Source: a virus. From it: a stretch of 64,000 nt of DNA. A model generated the notes under the pieces. It made no database searches and was not told the DNA's origin. It worked only from the letters and a program-made list of their open reading frames with translations. The translations under genes and the position numbers were made by a program. Shown piece after piece: positions 46,181-57,803 of the stretch (its first letter is position 1; each line of letters starts with the position of its first letter). Location: IMG/VR virus record IMGVR_UViG_3300027749_000038, one strand, 5' to 3'.

Positions 46181-49100
46181 ATGATATCTTTCGTAAATTT
46201 TTCCGTAAGTTCATCTACCGGATATGTAGGAATAACTCCAATTTCTTTTTTTCCTACCATATACCCAATTACTAAAGACACAAAAGTTACTTGGTATTTT
46301 GGAGATGGATCTTCCAGCTCTTTATTATACCCAACCCACACATATTCTTCAGCTGGCTCTTTTCAGGTTAAATTGGTAGCATATAGCCCTAGTGGTGATG
46401 CTATGGAATCACAAAGCATCCAAACTATTACGATTACTCTCACTCTAAATGAATCTATATATTTTGAAAGAGTACCTCCACCCACTCACGCCGGATTTTT
46501 AAATGCTTATCCGTTTAAATTGGTTATTACTTCTCCAGACACTAAAGACCATTTTATACAATTATCAACTTTATTTTCTCGTTCTAGCAATCCAGGTTCT
46601 GGTACTAAATGGAATTTTCTCAGACCCGAGACTCGTTTTTATGATTTAAATGGAAATCAAATCCAAACCATAAAAACAATAGACACTATATTACACTCTA
46701 ATTCTGCCGGTAAATTAAATCCTACTGGATCTTATGTCGCCGGAGTCAGTGGATATGCTGAATTTTATTTCTCGGATGATTTGTATAATATGGATGTAGC
46801 GACTTCTTCCTCAGATTATACAACCATCCTGGCTACATTATTAACAGATAATTCCAAAGATTATACACTCCAAACTGAATCTTTAAATTTTTTACCCAGC
46901 TATGCTAATAGTAAAGCTGTTGCGGTTTGTCCCTATGTCCAGACCTGGAAAACTCCTGATATTTTAAAAATAACTGAAAACGGAATCAGAGAACATGCAA
47001 ATCCTCGTTGGTCTACTTCTAAGGTACCTATTATAGTCAATGCCACATATTCTCCGATAACTTTAGAAGATCCGTGGTTATCAGAAAATAATTTTAAATT
47101 TCCTTCAGATTCTTCTTATTTTGTTCATAGTTTTCCGTTAAAAAACGAAGACAATTTTCCTATAGAAGTGGGTCTAATTGGTTTAAGTGCTGTATTTAAT
47201 CCAGAACCATATTTTAATTGGACTGATTATTCTAACTACAAAACTCCCGGATACTATAAAGGACAATTTGATGCAAACAACGTTAATACTTTAGGGGTTT
47301 GTATCACCGCAGCATTAACCGCAGCAATGCCTCCATTGACTGCAAACTTTTTTAATCCTCTATTATGGCTTTCTAATCCAGAAAATGGCTCTGTAACTGT
47401 AGCCCAATACAGTAGAGTCAATTTATTGTCGTCCTTAGTAGTACCCCCCATTGTTCAGCAATCCTTTGAAATGCCGGTAGTAACTAGTGGACTGAGTGGT
47501 TTTCATGGCATATATAGCATTGCAGCATTACCATACCCATACTACCAAGCTTGGATGTTAGACTCTGAACTTAGTTATTTATATAGAATAGATTCTAAAG
47601 GAGATATATTAAGTGCTATAGATATAAATGATTTAGTTACCACAAATTTAGGAATAACCGGAACAACCACATATCCGATAGCAATGAGTTTAGATAGCCA
47701 ACAAAATATATGGTTAACGTTAAGTGACTCAGTGACATCTATAAAATTAGATAGTTATGGTAATTTCTTAACAGCCATAAACCCATCTTCATTTGTTTTT
47801 TCTTCTTCCAGCAGTTTAAGCAGTTTTGTTCCATGGTTGTGTGCAGAAAGTTACTTTCCAACATTAACCAGTTTTTTGACTGATGAAATATTCATAGAAC
47901 CGACATTTTTAGATATTGATATAAATGACAATATTTTCATTTGTTACTCAAATCCTTTAAGTAGTTTCATTGTTCAATATAAAGCCGATGATTTTTCAGT
48001 ATTATATGCTATATCTTTACCAGCCTTATCCACTCCTTCAGAGATTGTTTGTGACAATAATCGAAATGTTTGGATATCTTTACCGTTTAATCAAGGTGAC
48101 AACTTAGGTTATATAGAAAGGCGTAATTCTACTTTAACCCTATTATCAAGTGCCCCCGGAGGTCTTTCTCGATTTGGGCCTTATCAAGACATTAATAATT
48201 TAACTATAGACAATAACCAAAACCTATGGTTTACTCATGATTATCGATCTGTATCCAAGATAACAGTAACAAATGATATATCCGGTAACGAATTATATTC
48301 GACTCAAACTGTTGAATTGTTTACAACTAATTCATATTTAAACGCAGACACTCATGTATTAGAGGGCATATGTTCAGATTTGGCTGGTAGAATTTATGTT
48401 ATTAATTCTATGGAGAATTGTGTATATCTTTTAGACAACAACAGTGTGTCTATTGTGGATAGTTTTGTTATCAATCCGCAAGGTTTTGTACATTATTTGG
48501 ATGTAAATAATAAAAATACATTGGCATATGGTAGAGGTAATAAATCTTTACAGGCTAATGGAGATTGGTCTGGATTTAGATGGACCAACAAATTTGGCTC
48601 AAAGTATCTTTCTTCTATAGAAAAAACCACTAATTATTTTTCTATTTCAGGAATATCTCGACCTTTAGATTTTTATGCAGATAATTCTTATGCATATGGA
48701 TTAACCAAGATAAATGAAGACTTTGATATGGCTTCTTATATGAAAAAATTAGCTTTTATGCCAATTTTACAAGACTGTCCAGTTTTGTTTGATGATTTTT
48801 TTGCTAGTATATTAGGAAATAAATCTGGAGACTTAGGCACAAATATATATGAAAAAATTGCCAATTTTGTCAGTAACAATGTAGACATAGATACCTGCAA
48901 TATAGATCAGTTATATAGTTTATCTCAGATGGTAGATTTAAACACAGATGATTTTTTGTTTACCTATCCTGAGTCTATAAAAAGATTAATGAATTTGATT
49001 AGTATCAATCAAAGTAGACTTCGAGGAGCTAAAGATTCGAGAAAGTATTTTTTTAAAAGTATTCCAGGCCAGCAAATAGAAGCGTTTAACAAAGGTCCTA

Positions 49101-49456
49101 TATATACCTCTTCTATGGGAATATCGGCTGGTGAACTGGTTATATTAAAAAACAAAAGTATAGATGAATACCAACTAATTTACACTGGAAATATTAATAA
49201 TTTTACTCTTTATTCAACCAATATGTTAGCATCATATATTAATTTGCCTCTAAATTGGGCAGAATATTATGAATTTTATAAATATATTTCTTTGAGTGAA
49301 GGTAAAACTTTAGAAGGGATGATAGATTGGGAGAATCCATTCACTACCATTAATTATAAGACTTCCTCCAAAGAAGAATGGCAGGGTAATGAGGGAATAT
49401 ATGAGACTCTATTAACCTATGAATTATACAAAGGATTAAATTTGTTGAACTATTAA
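46181..49456 (+). CDS. Large baseplate/virion protein: PKD domain, beta-propeller repeats and baseplate-wedge-like C-terminus, 1091 aa
   Basis: TWYFGDG...PTHTYSSAG.F.V.L (PKD); repeated xDxxxNxW blades; C-terminal I.NFV.N..DIDTCNIDQL.S. Confidence 0.7.
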   Translation: MISFVNFSVSSSTGYVGITPISFFPTIYPITKDTKVTWYFGDGSSSSLLYPTHTYSSAGSFQVKLVAYSPSGDAMESQSIQTITITLTLNESIYFERVPPPTHAGFLNAYPFKLVITSPDTKDHFIQLSTLFSRSSNPGSGTKWNFLRPETRFYDLNGNQIQTIKTIDTILHSNSAGKLNPTGSYVAGVSGYAEFYFSDDLYNMDVATSSSDYTTILATLLTDNSKDYTLQTESLNFLPSYANSKAVAVCPYVQTWKTPDILKITENGIREHANPRWSTSKVPIIVNATYSPITLEDPWLSENNFKFPSDSSYFVHSFPLKNEDNFPIEVGLIGLSAVFNPEPYFNWTDYSNYKTPGYYKGQFDANNVNTLGVCITAALTAAMPPLTANFFNPLLWLSNPENGSVTVAQYSRVNLLSSLVVPPIVQQSFEMPVVTSGLSGFHGIYSIAALPYPYYQAWMLDSELSYLYRIDSKGDILSAIDINDLVTTNLGITGTTTYPIAMSLDSQQNIWLTLSDSVTSIKLDSYGNFLTAINPSSFVFSSSSSLSSFVPWLCAESYFPTLTSFLTDEIFIEPTFLDIDINDNIFICYSNPLSSFIVQYKADDFSVLYAISLPALSTPSEIVCDNNRNVWISLPFNQGDNLGYIERRNSTLTLLSSAPGGLSRFGPYQDINNLTIDNNQNLWFTHDYRSVSKITVTNDISGNELYSTQTVELFTTNSYLNADTHVLEGICSDLAGRIYVINSMENCVYLLDNNSVSIVDSFVINPQGFVHYLDVNNKNTLAYGRGNKSLQANGDWSGFRWTNKFGSKYLSSIEKTTNYFSISGISRPLDFYADNSYAYGLTKINEDFDMASYMKKLAFMPILQDCPVLFDDFFASILGNKSGDLGTNIYEKIANFVSNNVDIDTCNIDQLYSLSQMVDLNTDDFLFTYPESIKRLMNLISINQSRLRGAKDSRKYFFKSIPGQQIEAFNKGPIYTSSMGISAGELVILKNKSIDEYQLIYTGNINNFTLYSTNMLASYINLPLNWAEYYEFYKYISLSEGKTLEGMIDWENPFTTINYKTSSKEEWQGNEGIYETLLTYELYKGLNLLNY

Positions 49457-49479
49457 ATTTCATTCTAAGTATTATTGCC

Positions 49480-52400
49480 ATGGCAGCTGCTGACTCCGCT
49501 TTTTTAATTGAAAAATTAGGTACCTGGCCTACAGAAACCTACAGAATTTCTCCCAGTTCTCAACTTATAGAACCACGGCTAGGAGAACTTCCGGCAGAGA
49601 ATTTACTCAGACTCTGCAATGTGCCTATTAATGAAGTAGAAAATATTAATACACTTTATTACAACAAAGCATCTTACTTTTTTTCTAATCAAACTAGTCA
49701 ATATATAATTAATACTGACGAGGGAGCATCTTTTGTATGGGATTTATCCAGTCACCGCACAAAATACAATATAGGTCATCAGTTTAATTATTTTTATGTA
49801 AATATTAACCCGGGAGCGGAAGCAGCTTTTAAAAGAGAATATGCATATTCTCTTTATCCTTCTAGATTATTTCTTAAACCAGTTTCTTTGGTTAAAAATA
49901 TTAATTCTTGGACGCTAACAACCTCTGCCGTAGTAGCAGATCATACTACGTTTTTTTTCAAATCCTCTGCTTCTGAAGCTCTAGCATATAGTCAACATTA
50001 TAATTTTTTAAATAGTGGACCCACATTTAGCCCTCTTCCATCTACATCAGATACTTCTTATGTTTTTAGTTTAAGCTCCTGTAGACAACGAATCAACTAT
50101 CCAGTTATTATTTTTTCTCCAATCAACAATCCGTATAAAACAGTTCGAGCTCTGGAAGACGCTACTATTAATTCTAAAATAAGACCAGATTCTCCGTGTG
50201 TAACGTATTCTGTATCGTATTCTGCGTATGACGGTGTTTTGACTCTCGGGCAAGATCGAGTAGATACTCATCCTGACCGACCCCACTCTTTCAGAAGTTC
50301 TTACATTCTCAACAGCCAAAGTTTATCTAGCACCCGACAAGCATTTCAACTGCTACAGTTTAGAGCTTTAGGAGATACTACCTCCAATTTAGGCGATGCT
50401 AGTAATTGTATACTAAGTGCTGTCATAGATCTATCTTCCTCTACTGCTAATTATTATAGCAGGTATCATTATGTTAATAAAACAATATATAGTGATGTGA
50501 CAGGAACTCCAGGATCTTTCTTAGGGTTAGATTTTATATCAGACAGCCCAATTTTATTATATTCTTTAGAAACTGTAAGTTCTACTCTTAGTACTTTTTA
50601 TATTAATTCTGTTAGTTATAATTTAAACACTCCTATTTTGCCTTCTATTGCCAATAAGAGTATACAAACAACTACCAAGTATCCACCTCACTATTATTCT
50701 TATCAATTATCTTTATCCGCTCCAAAGCTAGGATTTAATAATTTAACAGATTCTTGTTATTTAACTTTTAGTCTAATTTCATCTGCAGTTTCTGCAAATT
50801 CTCAAACGGTTGTTTTATCTTCTTTTATAAGTTCTGACTATGGATTATTGAAATATGATCTTAAAAACAATAATGTAAAAGAATATATAAAATATGAATT
50901 ATTATCAGATTCTTTTTTATTAGATCTAAGTGCTATTAATGTGTATTATGGTCCAAATAAAGACACTTATAATTTAAAATTTTCTCCATGGGTTCCAGTA
51001 TCATCCGGAGCCGACTTAGTAATAGATTATCCCCACACACCTTATGGGGAAGCTACACTGGTGTTGAGATCCACTTTAAGTTCTGCTAGTGGTTTTATAA
51101 CGTCCAAATTACCTACAGTAATAACTATAGCAAAAAACCAAACCCAAAGTTATACCGGATCACCTATATTTTTAAATCCAATTAATCAGACCGGCACCAC
51201 TTTTGATGTATCTTGTGATATGTTGACAGCAGCTCCTCAATGGCCTACTAGAGATTTGAGAAATTCTTATATTACTTGGAGTTATTCACCATCCGGCTTA
51301 GGCGCTACTTTAAGTTCTTTAGATCTCAGTGGAAACATTGTCAAACCTTTATCAGCCAATGTACCAATTTTATTTTCTCCACAAACATCCTATGTAAGAT
51401 TTAGTGATTTTGGTTTGAATACCATCACCATTCAATTATCTTCTCAGAAGTATAATGAAGTAACTACCTTACAATCTAACTCTGCCATTCAAAATCCGTT
51501 TGACGAAAAAAGATTTGTTATAGGACCCAGTAAAGCTCTAGATAATTTAAACAAAACCCGAACTATAGGTTTAACAGCCTTGGTACCATATCACGGTAAG
51601 GTGTATCAATTTCCAACCGGCACCTCATTGTCTTGGTCCTGGATATATGCATTTACATTACAACCAGAACTAACCCCAATTAAGGTATATTACTACGGAA
51701 GTGGAGGTTCTCTCACTCCATATAGTTACGGAACCATATTACCAGCAACTCAACTTAGTTCTATTTTTGTAGAAGTGACTCCTGGATATTCAACACAATT
51801 ACCAGATGTCAATGATGTGGAATTGGTTTTAACGTGTCATTCACAAAATAATTTATTTAAAACTAATTATAGTTTTTATGTAGATGAATTTCCATCTAGG
51901 GATCTTTTAAATTCAGACTTTACTGTATCATATACTGGATATAACTCTATATCGGCAACTGTATTAGATACTTCTTTGAATCAATACATTTTGACCCGAC
52001 CAAATGACAATACAAATGTATTTTCTCTGTCTTCTTATAGCACATCAGACATATCTCTAAGTACCACTTATGTATGGAGTGTTTCAGACAACACCGGACA
52101 TACTCAATTAATTTCAGCATTTTACGGCAAACATCCCACTTTAAATCTTGCAATTACTTCTACTGATATTAATACCACAACAGTCTCATTATGTGGTTTA
52201 AGTGCTTATGCGGTGGGATGGCAAGATCCTAATTTAATAGAAAATGTAGATTTTAGACTCCCAGCATATCACAACATAGCAACGACAGTTACAATTTACA
52301 CACCCAATTCAGCAGAATTTTATACTCCATTAAAATTTATTACATATCCAGAGTATTATTGGAGTGGAACAAAGGCAGTTTTATTAAGTGCTAGCAATTA

Positions 52401-55296
52401 TACACTAGCAAGTGCTCCTACAGCATATAATAATAAAAAATCTAATAGTCAAAATTTTTATATTAGTGCCAATAAAATAATGTCAGAGTATGATTATAGT
52501 ATTGGATCTCAAAAAACCTTTTTAACTACACTAAACTCTCCTTCTGCAACCTTAATATCTCTACCATATACATCAGAATTTCTCTCAAATAACGGTCTGA
52601 CAATATCTTTAACTGCATATGGACAGATGTATCCACAGACTACACCTTTTCAATATGTTAAACCATCTAGTGTGGGTGGAGAATTGGCGATGTACAATTT
52701 CAACCTCACAGCTAGTTCAGTTTTACCATCCACAACTGATGTAAATTCTTTTGAAAAAAACCCAACACTAGTAAACTTTAATACAGATGTTCTTTTTTCT
52801 TATACTCTAGATTCAACTAAGATAGATTTAGATTATAAGAGATATATTTCTTTGACACAATTTATAAGAGCTGCGGATTCTACCTCACCAGTAATTCCAG
52901 TTAGTGGAGGAACTGCTACCTATGCTCTTAAAAGTACACTTTGGCCAGATTCTTATTTAGTAACAGTTCCAGCAACCACCGGAACTCAAACAATTAATTT
53001 ACAAATAGGAGATCCCTATGAACCTGGTTATCTAACAGAAGAGCAAATCAACAGATTGAGCATATCTTTATACAGTACTAATATTCCATTCACAATTCCA
53101 AGTTCTACCTTCAGTAATTATTCATCCGGAGCGTGGCCACAAGGAGGTGATTTATGGAATCCAGTATTTAGTCAAAGAATTTATCCATTAAGTGGGGATA
53201 ATAGATGGAGAACATTCACAGCATTTGCCACCGCAGTATCTCCCTCTATTTTTGTTTCAAATTTTATATCCATCACCGGAGCTCCAATATCAGTTGCATA
53301 TACCTCTCCAGCGGAAGTAGATGATAATAATATTCTTTTTTATAGAACATATTTTGGTGAAAACGCCACAGATGGTGTAATTTCCTACAAAGGAGGATTA
53401 GCAGAACACACATACACCCAGCCTGGGACATATTTTATAGATTATGAAGCTGTCTATCAAGACGGAGCTACTAAAATAGGCACCTTAGCAGAACCAATCA
53501 TAATTAAATCCAAATGGTCAGAATATAATCAAACTCATTTAAGAGATCTTAATGAGGAGATTATAGATTTGCCATGGACTCGAGAGCAAACTCACATCCA
53601 ACCCAATGAATGGGGAGTAGCAGATATCTTTAACACTTCTTTAAAAAGATTAAGTGACAATTTGACCAAACTTCAAGACAGCACTCAATCCATCAATAAT
53701 GATTTTCCTACCGTTTATTACGGATGGCTTGGATGTAATGCTACAAAAAAGGGATTTGGTATCCGCTGGCATAACAAATATTTTGGAGGCAAATATTATG
53801 CTACTCCATCAACTTTTAGTCATATAAATAAAAATGTTTACAAAGACAGTACCGTACAATTTTTTAATAACATAATAGATATTTCTTCTTCTGGTGATTA
53901 TCTATATGTTTTAGATGATTATTTTAATGTTAGAATGTTTTTAAATAAAAACTATAAACCACAAGAAATAATATTCACTGATACCCCATCTTTTGTAAAT
54001 CAATTTGTAAAACCTTCTAATATAGAAGTGGATGAAAATGGAATAATGTATATATTAGACCCACCATCTAATAAACTTTATAGTTTAAATATAGACATAG
54101 AATCACAAACCATTAATGTATCTATCAATGTCGGAGGATTTGGTGGACGAAACGATTCTAGTAGATTTTCTGCTCCATCTGATTTATCTTTGTCTGAAAA
54201 CAATGTATTTGTTTTAGATTATAATAATAAATGTGTCAAAGAGTTTACTAGTGATCTAAATTGGATTCATACCTATTACACAGAAAAATTTGAAACTGAT
54301 AGACCAGAATATCTAGCCACTCATTTTGATGGAATGTGTTATACTGTTTCAGAAAACCATAATTTGTATGTTTTTGATATATCATCTCCTTCTCCTCTAT
54401 ATATCACTTCTTTAAAAGAAATTAGTACATACTATCCAAACTCAGTTATAACTAAAATGACTCTGGATGAAGCTGGTGAATTTTTATACATCATTGCTTC
54501 TAATGGTAGAACTGGTTTATTATTCAAGTACAGTGCTCTTGGAGTATATATAGGAACTTCTCCCCTTGCCTACAATCCATTAACAATTAAAAAATCTTCT
54601 TATCGCAATTTACTGATGGCTATTCCACAAGCCATTGTAAAAATTCAAGATGTAGTAGATTTATTCCGTATAGGACAAGGTTTACCTACAAATATGTGGT
54701 CTGAAGAACAAATATTGTTAAAAAAAGACGATTTTGCTTCTGATATTTCTTACAATAGATGTTTGAAGAGAATTTCTCAGAATATAAAAACTTTCAGAAA
54801 TAATCTCAATGGAAAATTTTCAAAAGTTACAGAAAGGCTTTCAGTTGGAATAGTTACCTATTATGCCCAGATACCTGTATCAATTGAAGAACAACCATCT
54901 TTACACAAAGATGTAGAGAAAGATACAGTCTCTGTAGGTGTAAATGAATTTCACCTTCCTCAAATTTTAAATAGAGAAATAGACAAAATTTACGACTCTA
55001 TATTGTCTATCAAACAATTTTTAGATATTTATGCCCTTTCCTTACCAGACTTTAAAGTAGAAGGATCTGGAGTATCTGTAATATGTCCTCAGGGATTCTG
55101 TTGGTCTTGGAATGCTATGTCTTGTTACAATCTATCCCTACCATCCATAAGAATATGTAATGTAAATCCCATTACCTATCGAGAATTAGAATCTTCTTTT
55201 CCTATAAATTATGATTCCAGTGAAGGATGGACTAAAACCTGGGACAATGCTAGTTCAGATTGCTGTAACAGCACACCCAATCCCTTGGACGAATAA
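49480..55296 (+). CDS. Very large Ser/Thr-rich virion protein with Ig/PKD-like and NHL repeats, 1938 aa
   Basis: HTYTQPGTY (PKD-like); F.KPS.I.VD, RFSAPSDL....NVFVLD..N..VKEF (NHL); TAAGTA 8 nt upstream. Confidence 0.7.
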   Translation: MAAADSAFLIEKLGTWPTETYRISPSSQLIEPRLGELPAENLLRLCNVPINEVENINTLYYNKASYFFSNQTSQYIINTDEGASFVWDLSSHRTKYNIGHQFNYFYVNINPGAEAAFKREYAYSLYPSRLFLKPVSLVKNINSWTLTTSAVVADHTTFFFKSSASEALAYSQHYNFLNSGPTFSPLPSTSDTSYVFSLSSCRQRINYPVIIFSPINNPYKTVRALEDATINSKIRPDSPCVTYSVSYSAYDGVLTLGQDRVDTHPDRPHSFRSSYILNSQSLSSTRQAFQLLQFRALGDTTSNLGDASNCILSAVIDLSSSTANYYSRYHYVNKTIYSDVTGTPGSFLGLDFISDSPILLYSLETVSSTLSTFYINSVSYNLNTPILPSIANKSIQTTTKYPPHYYSYQLSLSAPKLGFNNLTDSCYLTFSLISSAVSANSQTVVLSSFISSDYGLLKYDLKNNNVKEYIKYELLSDSFLLDLSAINVYYGPNKDTYNLKFSPWVPVSSGADLVIDYPHTPYGEATLVLRSTLSSASGFITSKLPTVITIAKNQTQSYTGSPIFLNPINQTGTTFDVSCDMLTAAPQWPTRDLRNSYITWSYSPSGLGATLSSLDLSGNIVKPLSANVPILFSPQTSYVRFSDFGLNTITIQLSSQKYNEVTTLQSNSAIQNPFDEKRFVIGPSKALDNLNKTRTIGLTALVPYHGKVYQFPTGTSLSWSWIYAFTLQPELTPIKVYYYGSGGSLTPYSYGTILPATQLSSIFVEVTPGYSTQLPDVNDVELVLTCHSQNNLFKTNYSFYVDEFPSRDLLNSDFTVSYTGYNSISATVLDTSLNQYILTRPNDNTNVFSLSSYSTSDISLSTTYVWSVSDNTGHTQLISAFYGKHPTLNLAITSTDINTTTVSLCGLSAYAVGWQDPNLIENVDFRLPAYHNIATTVTIYTPNSAEFYTPLKFITYPEYYWSGTKAVLLSASNYTLASAPTAYNNKKSNSQNFYISANKIMSEYDYSIGSQKTFLTTLNSPSATLISLPYTSEFLSNNGLTISLTAYGQMYPQTTPFQYVKPSSVGGELAMYNFNLTASSVLPSTTDVNSFEKNPTLVNFNTDVLFSYTLDSTKIDLDYKRYISLTQFIRAADSTSPVIPVSGGTATYALKSTLWPDSYLVTVPATTGTQTINLQIGDPYEPGYLTEEQINRLSISLYSTNIPFTIPSSTFSNYSSGAWPQGGDLWNPVFSQRIYPLSGDNRWRTFTAFATAVSPSIFVSNFISITGAPISVAYTSPAEVDDNNILFYRTYFGENATDGVISYKGGLAEHTYTQPGTYFIDYEAVYQDGATKIGTLAEPIIIKSKWSEYNQTHLRDLNEEIIDLPWTREQTHIQPNEWGVADIFNTSLKRLSDNLTKLQDSTQSINNDFPTVYYGWLGCNATKKGFGIRWHNKYFGGKYYATPSTFSHINKNVYKDSTVQFFNNIIDISSSGDYLYVLDDYFNVRMFLNKNYKPQEIIFTDTPSFVNQFVKPSNIEVDENGIMYILDPPSNKLYSLNIDIESQTINVSINVGGFGGRNDSSRFSAPSDLSLSENNVFVLDYNNKCVKEFTSDLNWIHTYYTEKFETDRPEYLATHFDGMCYTVSENHNLYVFDISSPSPLYITSLKEISTYYPNSVITKMTLDEAGEFLYIIASNGRTGLLFKYSALGVYIGTSPLAYNPLTIKKSSYRNLLMAIPQAIVKIQDVVDLFRIGQGLPTNMWSEEQILLKKDDFASDISYNRCLKRISQNIKTFRNNLNGKFSKVTERLSVGIVTYYAQIPVSIEEQPSLHKDVEKDTVSVGVNEFHLPQILNREIDKIYDSILSIKQFLDIYALSLPDFKVEGSGVSVICPQGFCWSWNAMSCYNLSLPSIRICNVNPITYRELESSFPINYDSSEGWTKTWDNASSDCCNSTPNPLDE

Positions 55297-55322
55297 GGTA
55301 AATATTACATCCCACATTTGTT

Positions 55323-57794
55323 ATGAGTAACCGTTTTCATTCTAAGTACCATCGCCAAAATCATCACACTTACTCTAGCAGTGATAATCCAGATGCTGGA
55401 CACGACCCAATAGCAAGCCCAGAAGCTCCTTTCCAGGGACCGTTTGTAATCAATGGCACCTTAAGTGCAATTGCGCCACTTAGTGCTTCTGCTGGATTTT
55501 TTAAAAGCAATTACACCGGAATTGTGGCGTGTGGAAATGTTCTTGGAGCTGATATATACGGTAACACCTGTATTCATGGGAATTTAACCATATCAGGAAA
55601 TATTAATAATGCTGGCGTAGGTGGAGGTGGTGGAGGAGGAGATTATGTTTTTACAGACGGTTTGCAGGTAAATGGAAATATAGTAAAAGTTTATACTGAC
55701 CCAAGCACCATTAATATTGCCAATGACGGAAGAATGTCTGTTAACCTGACAACCATTACAGATGCTTTGTGTGCCATGGTAGGTCATCCGGCAACATTTA
55801 GTAGAAACTCTTATTGTTTTGCTGCTAATTCTGGCTTGCAATCTTCCCATTTAGCAACTACTTTTGACGCCTGTGGGAATGGGACTACTTGTTATGGCGT
55901 AAATTTAAAAGTAGACAACAATTCTATTCAAATAAATTCAGTATCTAATTTAGTAGAATTAACATCCGCAAGTCGATTTAAATTCATTCCGTCAGCTGGG
56001 TTAACTATTAATTCCACAATTAATTCTGGATATACTACAATTTCCGCTGCGGTAGATAATAACACCATTAAAATTATAAATGGTCAGATATCTTCTATAA
56101 CCACATTTGGTAACGGAATGAATGTCAGTACAGATAAGGTTGTAACTCCAAATATAGACAATACATCCATAAAACTTGATAATTTTAATAAATTAAGTTT
56201 AGGTTATAATTTTTGCCAGGGAGTTTGTTTAAATAATTCTACAGTTACTGCAAACGTTGACGAAGAAACTATTGTAGTCAACAACAGCAACCAGTTATCT
56301 GCAATTAATGTAATAAAAACCAATCAACCACAAAGTTCTATACAAACTATTAGAGGATCGTTGACTGTTACTAGCGATTTAAATGCTCTTAGTGGAATAA
56401 CTTTTGCAGATGGTACAAAAATTACTTCTTATAGCAGTATACCCAAAACTGTTGCATTTTTTGGCGAAAATCACACTAGTCACTGGACCGCCAATGTAGT
56501 AACTTCAGACAATCGAGTAATAATGTGGGGCAACAACAGATTCTTTTCCAGAGATGATACAGATAGTATATGGCCACCACACCAAGTTTCATTTGATGAA
56601 TTTTATAACTTCACACTTCCAGCAAATACCAAAGTTATAAAGATGATAACTACCAGAGCTCATTCCATGGTGCTGTTTGATAATGGTACCTTGTGGTTTA
56701 TAGGAGTAGATGCTCTGGGTAATTGGAATTATTATTTTCAAAAAATAGCCATTTCTGCATTTATAGTAGATTTTGAAACATCTAGTCACGGCAGTTACGA
56801 TTGGCCAAATACAGCCGCCATAGACTCTAGTGGTAAATTATATACATGGGGTACTAATTATTACGGAGAATTGGGGCACGGTACATGGACTTACTGGCAA
56901 GATATTAAAACTCCTACTGGATTTGAAAGTGGTGTAAAACAAGTAGTAATGACACGTACCTGCTTGCATGTACTTAAAACAGACGGAACTCTGTGGTCAT
57001 CTGGTGGAAATTACTATGGCCAGTTCAGCAATGGCACTAGTTCACCAGCTCAAACAACTAATACACTTGTAGTGGCTCAGAAAAGTTTAAACAATGATGG
57101 TAATTTGCCAGGTACACCATTTAATAATATTACTAAAATTTTTAGAAAGAGCACCTCTTGTTATGAATCTTTGTATGTTTATACAGCAGACAATTCTGTA
57201 TATGCTGTTGGACTAAATGATTCTGGTCAATTGGGTGTGGGTGATAATACTAATAGAAATCTTTTCGAGAAAATAGCCACATTTACATCTGGTATTGTAG
57301 ATATGGCAATTTATGGAGTTGGTAGTTATACTCATTGTCTTGCATATACTTCTAACGGTACAGTATACACCTGGGGATACAATGGTTATGGTCCATTGGG
57401 ATTTGGAGATGATACTAACAGAAATACTCCAACCGTAGTATCTTCTTTAGCCGGCATAGCTCCAGTTAAATTAATAAAATATGGCATAGATAGTAATCCC
57501 ACAAATTCTGCTTTTATAGGAACTGATGGTTATTTATATTTGGCGGGATGGCGAGCCTTAACCACAGAACAATGGACTGGAGCAAAAGATTATGTTACAA
57601 ATTTTGCAAGAGTTCCTGTACCAAACGTGGTAGATGCTCAAGCCATGACCGGCATTAATCATGTTGTAGGTTGGTTAATCAAAGACAAATATAATAAAGT
57701 TTATATGATATGTGGATATCCAGCTTATTACATGTCCGGACCCACCAATCGCCAAACAAGACAACCAGCAGATATAACTAGTTGGTTTGTTTAA
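55323..57794 (+). CDS. Tail fiber-like protein with VDxxTI shaft repeats and C-terminal RCC1/BLIP-II propeller, 823 aa
   Basis: VDNNSIQIN, VDNNTIKII, IDNTSIKLD, VDEETIVVN; LYTWGTNYYGELGHG, VYAVGLNDSGQLGVG, VYTWGYNGYGPLGFGD..NRNTP. Confidence 0.8.
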   Translation: MSNRFHSKYHRQNHHTYSSSDNPDAGHDPIASPEAPFQGPFVINGTLSAIAPLSASAGFFKSNYTGIVACGNVLGADIYGNTCIHGNLTISGNINNAGVGGGGGGGDYVFTDGLQVNGNIVKVYTDPSTINIANDGRMSVNLTTITDALCAMVGHPATFSRNSYCFAANSGLQSSHLATTFDACGNGTTCYGVNLKVDNNSIQINSVSNLVELTSASRFKFIPSAGLTINSTINSGYTTISAAVDNNTIKIINGQISSITTFGNGMNVSTDKVVTPNIDNTSIKLDNFNKLSLGYNFCQGVCLNNSTVTANVDEETIVVNNSNQLSAINVIKTNQPQSSIQTIRGSLTVTSDLNALSGITFADGTKITSYSSIPKTVAFFGENHTSHWTANVVTSDNRVIMWGNNRFFSRDDTDSIWPPHQVSFDEFYNFTLPANTKVIKMITTRAHSMVLFDNGTLWFIGVDALGNWNYYFQKIAISAFIVDFETSSHGSYDWPNTAAIDSSGKLYTWGTNYYGELGHGTWTYWQDIKTPTGFESGVKQVVMTRTCLHVLKTDGTLWSSGGNYYGQFSNGTSSPAQTTNTLVVAQKSLNNDGNLPGTPFNNITKIFRKSTSCYESLYVYTADNSVYAVGLNDSGQLGVGDNTNRNLFEKIATFTSGIVDMAIYGVGSYTHCLAYTSNGTVYTWGYNGYGPLGFGDDTNRNTPTVVSSLAGIAPVKLIKYGIDSNPTNSAFIGTDGYLYLAGWRALTTEQWTGAKDYVTNFARVPVPNVVDAQAMTGINHVVGWLIKDKYNKVYMICGYPAYYMSGPTNRQTRQPADITSWFV

Positions 57795-57803
57795 AAATAA
57801 TTT

